DNA from: Octopus vulgaris
Lineage: Eukaryota
Assembly: GCA_951406725.2 (NCBI GenBank)
Contig: OX597815.1
Span: 180,482,001-180,546,000, forward strand
DNA: 64,000 nt
Direction: 5' to 3'
Part shown: positions 12,041 through 24,325 of the stretch, piece by piece
Numbering within the stretch: position 1 is the stretch's first letter
Layout of the letters: the number at the start of each line of letters is the position of its first letter
Translations under genes and position numbers: made by a program
The notes under the pieces: generated by a model
The model's input: the letters and a program-made list of their open reading frames with translations, nothing else
What the model was told of the DNA's origin: nothing
Databases searched by the model: none

Positions 12041-12093
12041 GTGCCTGATGAATATATTTGAGTTTTTTGAATATATGAAACTATTAGTAGCAC
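12041..12093 (+). ncRNA. Type I hammerhead ribozyme in a (TA)n-flanked element (~11945-12190)
   Basis: gtgc CTGATGA atatattt..gaatatat GAAA ct-att-ag TA gcac: stem I 4 bp, stem II 8 bp, GUA site. Confidence 0.75.
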
Positions 12094-12250
12094 TTTAGTA
12101 CAAGTATTGTGACCTTTAAATAAATAATATTTATCTTTCACCAGATGGAGGACTTTTTTTGTTGAATTTTCTATCATGGATCAGTACATTTTATATATAT
12201 GTGTGTGTGTGTATATATATATATTGATTTCCTGATATTAATAATAATAT

Positions 12251-12295
<45 letters not shown>

Positions 12296-12502
12296 TACAT
12301 ATATACAAACACACACATTTATAATTCAAGATTCTTGATGTGAAGTCATGTATTGCTATATATATATATATATATCATCATCATCATCATTTAGCGTCCG
12401 CTTTCCATGCTAGCATGGGTTGGACAATTCAACTGGGGTCTGGGAAGCCAGAAGGCTGCACCAGGTCCAGTCTGATCTGGCAATGTTTCTACGGCTGGAA
12501 TA

Positions 12503-12790
12503 TAGGTGGAGGCAGTGGACTCGCGGTCAGAGGATTGTGGTTTCAATTCCTAGACCGGGCATTTTGTTTGTTTATTGAGCGAAAACACCTAAAAGCTTCA
12601 TGAGGCTCTGGCAGGGGATGGTGGGGACCCCTGTTGTACTCTTTCGCCACAACTTTCTCTCACTCTCTCTTCCTGTTTCTTGAGTAACGCTGTGATGGAC
12701 TGGCGTCCCGTCCAGCTGGGGGAAACACATACGCCACAGAAACCTGGAAACCAGGCCCATGAGCCTGGCTAGACTTGAAAAGAGCAACAT
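12503..12790 (+). mobile_element. Group C tRNA-derived SINE (chimeric tail)
   Basis: gtttcaattcctagaccgggc head, tgagcgaaaacacctaaaagct body, gagcctggctag tail. Confidence 0.7.
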
Positions 12791-12796
12791 TTCATT

Positions 12797-12833
<37 letters not shown>

Positions 12834-12900
12834 CATATAACATACACATATGTACATACTGACATATATATGTGTGTGTATATATATATATATATATATG

Positions 12901-13058
12901 CATGCATATATGGGTACAGGACGTCACAATATGTAAACATAAAATCTGAAATACAAAGACTTTTTTTTTTGTGAACAAAAGAAACAAATGGAAAACAAGA
13001 CAACAAAAAGAATGACCCTTGTTTACATATTGTGACATCCTGTACCCATTTATGCATA
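12901..13058. repeat. Small foldback element in (TA)n
   Basis: gggtacaggacgtcacaatatgtaaaca / tgtttacatattgtgacatcctgtaccc inverted repeats. Confidence 0.75.
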
Positions 13059-13236
13059 TATATATATATATACATATATATACACACACATACATCAGTA
13101 TGTACATATATGTATATATGCCTATATATATTTTATTTATATCATTATATGATTGAACGCCATGCATCCATTTCCCAGTAAGTTTATCTTATCTCTCTCT
13201 CTCTACACACACATATATATATACACACACACACAC

Positions 13237-13278
<42 letters not shown>

Positions 13279-13867
13279 TGCTCATTATTACAAACTTATC
13301 ACACACTCTCTCTTTGTTCCCAGTGGAGGCCTGACAGTGTCCAGCTGGACATCTCTTCAAGTATGTCTGCCTGTAACGGATTCAATGATTTATGATGATA
13401 GCAATTCATTATAAGCAACATCTGCATGTTTCTACAATCAATCATTTTTCGTTTTCTTCTTAAATCATGAAACAAACTTCAAACTAGCCACTCACTTTTT
13501 TCCTTATCAATCTGGAAAGACTATTGAGATGCTAGAGCTGAATTATGTAGATTGTGTGCCATGTGCAGAAGGTGAGATGGAGAGGAACCTCAATTGGACT
13601 CTTCAATGGCAAGTACAAAAGTTTGAATTTTTCTGAGTAGCTAGCAGTGACAGTGCGGGTGGGGGAAGCATACAGTTGGTAGAGAAATGGGCAGATACAC
13701 AGACATACATCATCATCGTTTAACGTCCGTTTTCCATGCTAACATGGGTTGGACGGTTCGACTGGGGTCTGGGAAGCCAAGAGGCTGCACCAGGCTCCAG
13801 TCTGATCTGGCAGTGTTTCTACAGTTGGATGCCCTTCCTAATGCCAACCACTCTGTGAGTGTAGTGT

Positions 13868-14123
13868 AAAATAAATGCGCCCTTTTAAAACCTAGCCAGG
13901 CTCATGGGATCGGTTTCCTGGTTTCAATGGTGTATGCGTTCCCCAGCGGGACAGGATGCCAGTCCATCGCAGCGTTACTCATTTTTGCCAGCTGAGTGGA
14001 CTGGAGCAACAGGTAATGAAGTGTTTTGCTCAAGAACACAACGCGTCATGCGGTCTAGGAATTGAAACCTCAATCTTACAATCATGATGCTGACACTCTA
14101 ACCACTAAGCCACGCGCCTCCAC
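13868..14123 (-). mobile_element. Group C tRNA/CORE SINE
   Basis: gtggaggcgcgtggcttagtggttagag head and cttgagcaaaacac..ccactcagctg domain. Confidence 0.75.
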
Positions 14124-14229
14124 AATGTATGTTTATAAATATGAAGGGGTCAAAGTGTGTGATAGAATAAGTATAAACGAAATATGGATGATATAAATAA
14201 TGACAACTCCACTTGTGCTTCGCAATTTG

Positions 14230-16170
14230 GATAGTGAAGATGAACAGGACTGATTCTATGAGGCACAATTGTAACTACGTCAATGAGGAATGACAATGAC
14301 ATCATCATGCCTGGTGACTTCAGTGGAGATGTTGGTATTATAAAGGATTCTATAGAAGCTGTGACTTCCATTTGATAAATGGAGAGAGAACAAGGTTCCT
14401 GGAGTTCTGTGACAGCAATGACTTGATAATGTGCTACACTAACTGCAAGAAGTCAACCGCATCATCACCGACTAATCAAGTGAACACACAAGCTGGATAG
14501 ACTTCTCTTCAGGAAAAATGACAGCCAGATGGTTTGCGGATGCTAAGTCAGTCATTCTCAGAGAAAGTTACCAATTAGGAATTCCGAAGTAAAAGCTAGA
14601 CAAACCCAGAAACATAAAACAGTTTGAAGAAGGAAGAAAATTAAAAAAGCCATTGAAGGATCAGAAATTCAGAGAACTTAGTTGAAGCATATTCCAGAAG
14701 GGAAGAGAAGATGGAAACATAATAGAGAAGAATTAGAAGTTTTCTTACTGGGGAATCTGTGGCTGGGTTAAAGTTATTACCAGATGGATGGTGACTTGGT
14801 GCTAGAGTAGTACTAGAAATAGAGCCATGAAAGCCAAGAGATAAAGCATGGAAAGAGTGAAAGAAAGGAAACCGCAGAGAAAGTAATTAGATGTATGTAG
14901 CATAGAAAGAAGTAGAAAGTAAGAGGGTCACCAATGCTCTATGGTAAGATGATGCCCCAGAATATGTTTCTTTATTACCCACAAGGGACTAAACATAGAG
15001 GGGACAAACAAGGACAGACAAACGGATTTAATCGATTACATCGACCCCAGTGTTGCACTGGTACTTAATTTATCGACCCCGAAAGGATGAAAGGTAAAGT
15101 CGACCTCAGTGGAATTTGAACTCAGAACGTAATGGCAGACGAAACACGGCTACGCATTTCACCCGGCATGCTAACGGTTCTGCCAGCTCACCGCTGCCTT
15201 AGGATCCCCCAGAATAAACAGCCAAGTAGTTCAAGAAGGTGTCATATCTATTGACTGGATACCTGCACAGGTATCAAACTATTAGATCAGGTCATGGAAG
15301 TAATGGGAAAAAATTACAGATTAGGATGAGAAGTAGCCTGGATGAGATCTGCAGTTTGACTGAGGGCCAGAGAAAAGTGTAGACAGCAAGGTGAGAGCCA
15401 GTAATGAGTACAGCGACAAATTTAGCATGCAGGTAGGGCTTACTCAGGTTCTCAGTTCCTTTCTACTTACCATAGTTCTCCAGACATTAGAAATTTAAGG
15501 CTGGCTGTCTGCGAGAACTCTTAATTTGAGTGATCTTGTTCGTATAACTAAATCTGTAACAGAATTACAAGAAATTTCAGATAAGGCCTCAAGTAAACTT
15601 AGCAATGAGTAAAGTAAATAGGAAAGGAGACAGGATTTTGGTACTCTCAGGGAAGTGGCTCTGCTCAGAGAGCATCGAAGGAATAGGTGGAATTTTCATA
15701 CATTATAAATATGAGAGCATAAGAGGTGTAATGGAATAACAGGCAGGCTGACAGAAAAAGCATGACTCTGTTGGGACAGATGTACAGAAGCATTAAAAGT
15801 ACACAGAAAACGAATTGTCTCAGATGTCTAGAAGGTGCTCTATCAGTTGAAGGTTTCTGTTACCCCGGTAACATAATTAGCAGTAACCAGAGTAAAAGTA
15901 GATTGAAGAAAGTCGAGAGAGTTGTTACTTCTGCAGGTAACAAAAGGTTTCCGTATCAGAATGAAGGGCATTATATGGTGCTTGTTAAACAAACTGCAAT
16001 AATGCATGTAGGCGCCAAAATGTACAAGATTTGAGAAGACTAAACAAGAAGAAATGAAACAAACATGATCCAGTGGAGTGCAATATTTATGTCCATGAAC
16101 GATAGAGTAGAAATGAGTAAAGAGAAAAATGGGGTATCAGAGGAATTGGAAGGAGTCTGGAAGAGAGAAG
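14230..16170 (+). pseudogene. Heavily decayed RTE-type LINE ORF (endonuclease plus RT remnants)
   Basis: Remnant motifs GDFSGDVG (~14310), NEYSDKFSMQVG (~15400) and VEGFCYPG (~15845); many stops; group B SINE at 14966-15200. Confidence 0.65.
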
Positions 16171-16847
16171 GCTTACAAAGAATAAATCCTGAGGTTGATT
16201 TGTTCGAGTAAAGGCGGTGCTCCAGCATGGCCGCAGTCAAATGACTGAAACTAGCAAAAGAACGTGTGTGTTTATGTGTATGCACACTCAAATGGGTTAT
16301 CTCCACCAAAACGTCCTCGTCAAATTTACATCCTTGTTCCTCTCCTGCCCCTTGGCACTCCTCTTTTACTTACTGCTCATCCTCCTATTCACTGTATTAT
16401 GTTACCAATGTTAGTAAAATTGGTAGCGCCTGGCACTCCTTATCATCACCCACCCTCTTCTGTCTGTCATCACTCCCTCTTCCCAGAGCCACTTGTTCTT
16501 GACACTCAACACTTACACTTACCATTGTCTACCTTTATTACTATCCATCGTTTCTCCAGCGCCCTGATTCAACCATCAGGCTCTTGCTAACTTCACTCAC
16601 CCTTTGAGTCACTTGCCTCCAGCAAACAAACACATCACATAACGAGGACTCTTCGGTTATATGAAATACAAGGCAATCTCACTAGTGTTGGGGCTTCAAT
16701 AAAAGGCACTCAAAAGTGGTAGGCATACGAGCAGAGAAAATATAGGACTACGATGATTATCGTTGAGAACAGGACGACCTCGCTAATGCCGGTGCCTTGA
16801 TAAAGGCCATATAAATTCCTCCATCTACCATTTTAAAACCAGTGACA

Positions 16848-16887
<40 letters not shown>

Positions 16888-17767
16888 CTATGTGCGCTGT
16901 GCAAATATCAATCCTAGTCTAGGCTGTCATCAATGTTTGTTTTAGGAATGAGATAGAAATTGTTGACGTCAAACAACTTACAGATTAGCGGGAACACACG
17001 ATAAATAAATTTTTTTCCGTCCCGTGATGTATATTGTCTCCAGAAATAAACCACTCAAACTAGATAGATTAATTAAATAATGAATTGATTGTTTTAAAAT
17101 GCTACTGAGGTTGAGGTCACAGGTAAAATATCCAACAAAGTTTATCTTACATCGTGAAAGCAAAAGTGACCCCTACTTCTTTTGTTTTTAATTCGGTTTA
17201 ATATTCCAGAAAAACGAAACTGAATCAATATTTTAACATTTCATTCAGGTTAAATTTTTATAGTTTCATTTACTTACAAAGTGCTGACCACATTGTTAAG
17301 TAACAAAAGCGTGGATTTATATTTCAACATAATCAGACTCGCATTTTTTAAAGTTTTAAATAGGTTATTTCCTATTTTTGTATTGGATTGAAACAAAAGC
17401 AAAATGAGAAACCCAAACAGAAGCAATGAAATTGTAGTTTATATGTATATATACATACACTGCTGCAAAATTAAAATTAAAAATGTGACATTTTAAGTCT
17501 TAAAATTTTCTATCAGTTTTAATACGATATAAACATCGAAAACAACTTTGACGAGGTTGTAAATTAAATGTAGATTTGAGCCAGTGGTAAACTTATATAG
17601 AACTTGGAAAGTTTCACTGAAGCATGTACTTAATGGAAAACACTAATTTTGAGAGGGGACCGCAAGAGTAACCAGTATTCGAATGGCATCGCCAATTGGC
17701 AGACGGAACTAGAAAGGAGTGTCAGCACAATCCCAGGGTTATAGAGCAAAAGAGAAAATATAAGCAT

Positions 17768-17856
<89 letters not shown>

Positions 17857-18035
17857 ATAGACAGAATCTGTTGAATTCAATGGCTAACATGCCACAGAGT
17901 AAACAACTAAAAATAAATGTTGGTACAACGGCGAAAAAAATATTTCTACTGATGTTGATTTAATCAAGATACACTTGATTAGGCAGATCATAGATCAAAA
18001 TAATTCCCGTCGCACCTGTGACCATTCAACTAGAC

Positions 18036-18328
18036 CAGTGGTTCCCAAACTTTTAGGGGGTGCCGTCCATTTGACACCCAGGCTGCATTCCTTGCGCCCC
18101 CACCGCTAGTAACCATCACAAACGTAGACCTCTTTCTGAAGCAAATCCAAAGCAACTGTATTTCACAACTAAACCTAATAAACCCATTATTTTGTTGTTT
18201 TTGCATGAATCATTAGCCCATTATTTCCCCTCGTTTTACATGAATTGCTATCCCATTATCGCCCCCTTGGAACTTTCCACTGTCCCCAAATGGGGGTGGT
18301 GCAATACCGCCCACTTTGAGAACCACTG
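18036..18328. mobile_element. hAT-type MITE
   Basis: TIR cagtggttcccaaa / tttgagaaccactg with perfect 8-bp TSD aactagac. Confidence 0.9.
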
Positions 18329-19627
18329 AACTAGACTATCTAACGAGTTTTTAATTATTTAGTTTGCAAAATGGTTCAACGTGATTTTGGAACAGTACAG
18401 GCGGCGTCGTATTGTTTCCTGAATAATCATTAACAATTGCGAAAATAATGTTAAAACCATTAATTATTGTTTCAAAGAGAACTGAAAATGTCTTCAATAA
18501 GAAATCCTCAAAGGAATTAATTGTAACTTGAAATTGCAATGCAGTCTCATGCAAAACTAATTTCTTGGAGCTAACGAAAGGGCTTCCAAGAAGATGCTCG
18601 ACTTGCGAGAGGTAGTAGCCAAATCTCCCGCAAATTATATCCTGTTATCTCGAAAAAAGAATCGGGAACTCATTGTATAATGCTATATACGCAATACTCG
18701 AGAAGCCGACGAGGTGGTCACGATTCGAAAGCATTTATGAACATACCGTCAAATTTCATAATTTTCATACAATGAGCTTAATGCACACAATGCTCAACTA
18801 TAAAGAAGACTACCAATTATTCAATATTGCTATCCCTGATCGAGGAGAAATATGATCAAAAGCATTTCAGCCGTGACCATCCAGATATATTTAAAACTAC
18901 ACTTTCGTATATCCCTTTACTATAGGCTTTGTTTGGCTGCTATTTCTAGCACACCACACGACCTCGTTGTGTGAAGAGGAAAAGAAAACGTAAATATATT
19001 TTACACAAAAATTTTTGTGACTTCCTGCACCCGTGATCGGTATTCGACCACCGAAATTGCAAGGTGTGATCGTGGTCCTGAAGTTTATGTAGCTTAGTTT
19101 TAAAGTTATTTATTCAGCCCCATGTCAGTCCTTGTAGCGCAGGCTTGTGGTTCACGCATTCTAATCATTGTCAACCTGTCTTTTCTATAACCTTAGGACC
19201 ATATTATCCAACGTATTGTCATTTTACGTATAATTTGAATGGGATTCCACTGTTATTTCTAGCTGCCACACACAGGATCTTTCATTTACTGACGTGCTAA
19301 GTTCATGTGACCGTAAATGAATGCACCAAACAGTATGGATAGTTTAACTGTAACATAGGTTTTTTCTTTTTTTTTGTTGTTGTTGTACTTTTAGCAGGAA
19401 GGGTATTTTTCTTCCAATCAACACAAACAGAGAGAGATACAAACAAAAAAAAGAAACAGGTCTATATATACAATTAATTATTTTAAACAAAGTATAAGTG
19501 AAAATAGTCAGATATGGGTGTAGCTGGTGTTTATGCAGAACAAACTCAAAAAGTTTGGAAGCAAATTAATTGAGAAAGAAATCTGATTACATAAGAACCG
19601 AACAGGTACGTGTCTGTTTCAACTAAC

Positions 19628-19723
19628 CTCAGAGGCACGATCCCGTCTTTCGTCTTCGCTGGCTGAATATCGGCGATGGTAGGCTCCGAGTAAAGGGGCA
19701 GTTTCTGACCGTCTTCTATTCAT
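19628..19723 (-). CDS. CLCN7: First coding exon (MNRRRSETAPLLGAYHRRYSASEDERRDRASE)
   Basis: Acceptor AG at 19733-19734, ATG at 19723, GAG|GTTAGT phase-0 donor. Carries an acidic dileucine lysosomal sorting motif ETAPLL like ClC-7 EAAPLL. An extra small exon in the 15.7-kb intron cannot be excluded. Confidence 0.75.
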
Positions 19724-19873
19724 ATCTTCTCGCTAAAATTGTTGAGAAACAAAGCAGAAATAAATAAATGACAACTGTTAAAAAAGCGTGAAATAAAATT
19801 GTCAAAATAATCATATCCGTATTATATAGAGGAGAAAATGATAGCGACATTATTTCGATATTAACAAAATTAC

Positions 19874-20200
19874 CTTTTCGTTTTGTTTTTTCTTCTAACT
19901 TGTGCCTTTTTAGTTTTGATTAAATAAAGGATAACAAATCGATCGATTAGTTATTGCTTCGATGAGAATGCTGTTTTTCTTTTCTTGCATAGTTTTACTT
20001 CATGATATTTTCCACACCGGACACACAATTTCATTAACATAATAAAAAGTAAAAGATATTTCTCTGTGTTGAAAAACTGCTGGTGACAAAACAACGTTTC
20101 AACCGGTGGAATCTTTTTCTTTTTTTTTTTTATCCTGAGAAATTCCCAAGAATAGAATGAATTGACACAAAACACCCGTATTAATGACACTGAGGTAATA
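19874..20200 (-). other. CLCN7: Probable non-coding first exon (5'UTR); upper boundary (TSS) uncertain
   Basis: AAG|GTAATT donor at 19873 gives a 141-bp intron to the acceptor at 19733; non-repetitive sequence running up to the E-box cluster. Confidence 0.5.
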
Positions 20201-20207
20201 CTCGGGT

Positions 20208-20248
20208 GTCACATGACGAGCATATTCCAACTAAAATAGTCACATGAA
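20208..20248. promoter_or_regulatory. Two CLEAR/M-box (TFEB/MITF-type) motifs
   Basis: GTCACATGAC at 20208-20217 and GTCACATGAA at 20239-20248, just upstream of a lysosomal gene; a third TTCATGTGAC at 19302-19311. Confidence 0.6.
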
Positions 20249-21212
20249 GATATTATCATCGTTCCTGAACCATTACGAACGACTGAACGAATAGGTTACG
20301 ACTAAAATGTAATTCTGTTCCTGCTTGATTAAAGAACCGGTGGTGTGGTAGCGGCGAGGAATTACTTTAATCAGGAGTCGCTCAACAAATAATATAGAAG
20401 CAACGAAACGAAATAACAATCCGATTTTTAGGAAAACACAGTAAAGCTTAGTAACATACAGTGTAATTAACTATTTTTTCGAACCGATACCAGGAAACAG
20501 TTTTGCTTTTATTCATTCACTCTGATGCGATAAAAGACAAATACGATCTCGACAGTTAGACTTCGGAAGGTAGAGGAACGGAACTAAATGCTACTAGATA
20601 TTTAAAAAAAAGAAATCACTGTTGTTACAAATATTTAATCCAATGCTATCGTTGCTACATCGACCTAAGAACCTAATAAAAGCAAAGTTTTGTTGCTATT
20701 TTCAGATCATTCCGGAGAGAATATGTATTTACGTCGATGCTTTGGTAAATGCCGGATCTTTCAAAGTACAGTAAAAAAAAAGAAAGCGTCAATTTTGAAT
20801 AATTTATTGTTATTTATTTTATTTCACGCAAGTTTCAAATAACTTCGAAATTAGTATTTCTGACTATATAGTTTGTTGCCTGACTTAGTTTCAAAACCTT
20901 AACACTATAATTAACTCCTAATTGCAGTGTTGATGACAATACTAGGAAGTCGTTTGCTCTCCTCCACCTCATCCTCTCTTCTCCTCACACATTTTGGCTC
21001 TAATCAAAATTATTCCTCCATAAACATTCTTTTCTTTCGTCCTCGCTGTCTCCTCACACACACACACACATACCCTGGGCCTTTCACAACAATATCCGAT
21101 GTCTCTTATACCATCGAGACTTTTTTTTTTCCCTTTAAATGGGAGGCGAGGTGGAAATTCTAGTCGATCCCCATAGTGACCAGTAATAAAATTGCAGGAA
21201 AAAAAGTCACAG

Positions 21213-21955
21213 TACGTTCTGAGTTCAAATTACGCTGAGGTCGACTTTGCCTTTCATCCTTTCGGAGTGGATAAATTAAGTACCAGTTACGCACTGGGGT
21301 CGATATAATCAACTTAATCCGTTTGTCTGTCCTTGTTTGTCCCCTCTGTGTTTAGCCCCTTGTGGGTATTAAAGAAATAGGTATTTCGTCTGTCTTAAAG
21401 ACGTTCGGTGTTCAAATTCCGCCGAGATCGACATTGCCTTTCATCCTTTCGGGGTTGATTAAATAAGTACTAGTAATAAAGTCACAATTTTGGCTTGGAA
21501 AAAAGTCAGTTAATTTATGAGATCCAGACAACCCCCTCTCGGACCCCGCCCCGGACAAAAACCCCTGTGACTATTTCCTGTGAATTTATTACCGCGGCTT
21601 TTTTTTTTTCAACCTGGATTCGATCCCACAGTGTGGCACCTTCGACAAGTTTCTTCTATAGCCTCCAGCCGGCCAAAGCCTTGTGAGTGGATTTGGTAGA
21701 TGGAAGCTGAAATAAGCTCGTCGCGCGCGCGTATACACACGTGTGTGCGTGTCTGTTCCCACTCGCTGCTTGATGACCGGAGCTGGTGTGTTTACTTTCC
21801 CGTAACCTAGCGGTTCGGCTAAAGCGACCGGTAGCATAATACCAGTCTAAAAAATACAAAAAGAACTGGGGTGGTTTAGTTCAACTATAAAAAAAAAAAA
21901 TCCAAGGCGGGGCCCCAACATGGCCGCAATCTGATGAGTAAAACCAGTCAAAATA
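21213..21955 (+). mobile_element. Group B SINE (21213-21475) inside an aaagtcaca-subrepeat MITE, then group A SINE (21615-21955)
   Basis: Family motifs; related MITE at 27640-27800. Confidence 0.65.
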
Positions 21956-21997
21956 CATAAACACATACACATAAATATACAGACATTAACATACGTA

Positions 21998-22068
21998 TGT
22001 GTATATATATATATATATATACACACACACATATATATACACACATATATATATGCACACACACACAT

Positions 22069-22123
<55 letters not shown>

Positions 22124-22124
22124 T

Positions 22125-22157
<33 letters not shown>

Positions 22158-22302
22158 TACATATACACACACACACATACATATACACACACACATACAT
22201 ATACACACACACACATACACACACACACATACACACACACACATATATACACACACACACATACACACACACACACACATACACACACACACACACATAT
22301 AT

Positions 22303-22335
<33 letters not shown>

Positions 22336-22358
22336 CACATATATACACACACATATAT

Positions 22359-22393
<35 letters not shown>

Positions 22394-22614
22394 TATATAC
22401 ACACACATACACACATATATACACACACATATATATACACACACACACACATATATATATACACACACACACACATATATATACACACACACACACACAC
22501 ATATATATACACACACACACACACATATATATACACACACATATATATACACACACACACACACATATATATACACACACACACATATATATACACACAC
22601 ACACACACATATAT

Positions 22615-22657
<43 letters not shown>
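21998..22657. repeat. Compound (CA)n/(TA)n microsatellite, ~660 bp
   Basis: Directly visible; source of the 219-315 aa spurious ORFs. Confidence 0.95.
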
Positions 22658-22658
<1 letters not shown>

Positions 22659-22750
22659 CGGGAAGGTTTACGAAAATAAACAAAAGACGAAGGCAGGTGG
22701 AGTACAAACAATTGTATTAGTATAGCGCTCAGGAATAGAAATAAAACAAG

Positions 22751-22788
22751 TCTTTTACGTTTCGAGCCTACGCTCTTCGACAGAAAGA
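22751..22788 (-). ncRNA. Minimal hammerhead-like motif with CUGUCGA core
   Basis: tcttt CTGTCGA a gagc-gtag-gctc GAAA cg TA aaaga. Confidence 0.6.
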
Positions 22789-23265
22789 TACACAGAAAAG
22801 AAACAAGGAGAGAAAAAAATTGAAGGCGGTGCCCCAGCATGGCCACAGTCTTATGACAGAAACAAGAAAAAAATAAAATATATTTAGGCGCAGGAGTGTC
22901 TTCTGTGATAAGAAACTTACTTCCTAACCACATGGTCTGGGTTCAGTTCCATTGTGTGGCACTTCGGATATTTTATTACGGACCTCAGTTACTACTGGGT
23001 CAAAGTTGAGGGAATATTTCTTGGAGAAATATAAATAAAAACGCATGTCACCTGACTGTTTCAAACTTTGTCAACCTCAACAACAACTATGCTGACCAAT
23101 TTTAACTCCCAAAGATGATGCAATACATGCAGTGTAATGATTTCAAATAGGAAGGAGAAAAGAACTAGGAAACGAAATTACTCGTTTTGCCTCAGTTTCC
23201 AATTTTGCCCTGCCCCATATGCGCGCGCGTGTGTGTGTGTGTGTGGCAGAAAGCAAATACAAATA

Positions 23266-23842
23266 TATTTCTTTACTATCCACAAGGGGCTAAACACAGA
23301 GGGGACAAACAAGGACAGACAAACGGATGAAGTCGATTATATCGACCCCAGTGTGTAACTGGTACTTAATTTATCGACCCCGAAAGGATGAAAGGCAAAG
23401 TCGACCTCGGCGGAATTTGAACTCAGAACGTAGCGGCAGACGAAATACCGATTTCTTTACTACCCACAAGGGGCTAAACACAGAGGGGACAAACAAGGAC
23501 AGACAAACGGATTAAGTCGATTATATCGACCCCAGTGCGTAACTGGTACTTAATTTAATCGACCCCGAAAGGATGAAAGGCAAAGTCGACCTCGGCGGAA
23601 TTTGAACTCAGAACGTCTTTAAGACAGACGAAATACCTATTTCTTTACTACCCACAAGGGGCTAAACACAGAGGGGACAAACAAGGACAGACAAACGGAT
23701 TAAGTTGATTATATCGACCCCAGTGCGTAACTGGTACTTAATTTATCGACCCCGAAAGGATGAAAGGCAAAGTCGAGCTCGGCGTAATTTGAACTCAGAA
23801 CGTAGCGGCAGACGAAATACGGCTACGCATTTCGCCCGTCGT
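23266..23842 (-). mobile_element. Group B SINE with three tandem units
   Basis: Near-identical ~185-bp units; ggaaagcaaataca-like flanks. Confidence 0.85.
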
Positions 23843-24084
23843 GGAAAGCAAATACAAAGAGCTAAAACACAGACAAAAGTACAAGAGACGTTCTCAGTGA
23901 ATATTATTAGGTTGATCCAAAAGGAAAGAATGAGTTATGACGTTTCGGACATAATACTTCTTAAGGTATGGCGCTGTGGAATATTTTTGTCGCAGTTATT
24001 TTTTGTGTATGATTACAGATTTTGGCTACCATTTCTAGTTGACCGAACGAACTCATAGATTCTGTTCAGGATGTAGTAGTAGTA

Positions 24085-24325
24085 GTAGTAGTACAGGGGA
24101 ATGCGATGGAACAGCAAGTCGCTGCTTCCACCATTTATTGGCGATTCCCTGCTCCTGGCGGATGACACCTTTGCACCATTCAAACGACAACCCTCCAACC
24201 CATAGATTTGCTTGGGTAGTTGTTGCTGGTGAGGGTTTTACGAGGGTGGGGTGCAAATCCTACCTGAACCTCTTTTAGTCGCCTTTTACGACACAGAGGA
24301 AACGTTAGGTCTATTCTTTGGTATG
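24085..24325 (+). mobile_element. Possible I/Nimb-clade LINE or SINE 3' end
   Basis: ttagtcgccttttacgaca...ggtctattct terminal motif (recalled similarity only). Confidence 0.4.

Noticed and set aside
13324-13360. Plus-strand exon-like segment (cag|...|gtatgt)
   Set aside because: 37 bp, isolated, wrong strand, no partner exons.
21931-21950. CTGATGAG motif
   Set aside because: Mutated group A SINE tail with no stem II-GAAA.
21847-22933. Longest ORFs in the track (219-315 aa) and similar YI/CV/HT-rich ORFs elsewhere
   Set aside because: Translations of (CA)n/(TA)n microsatellites.
23932-23970. GAAAcgTC with CTTAAGA upstream (minus)
   Set aside because: Core and stems I/II broken; possibly an old member of the 44783 family but not supportable.
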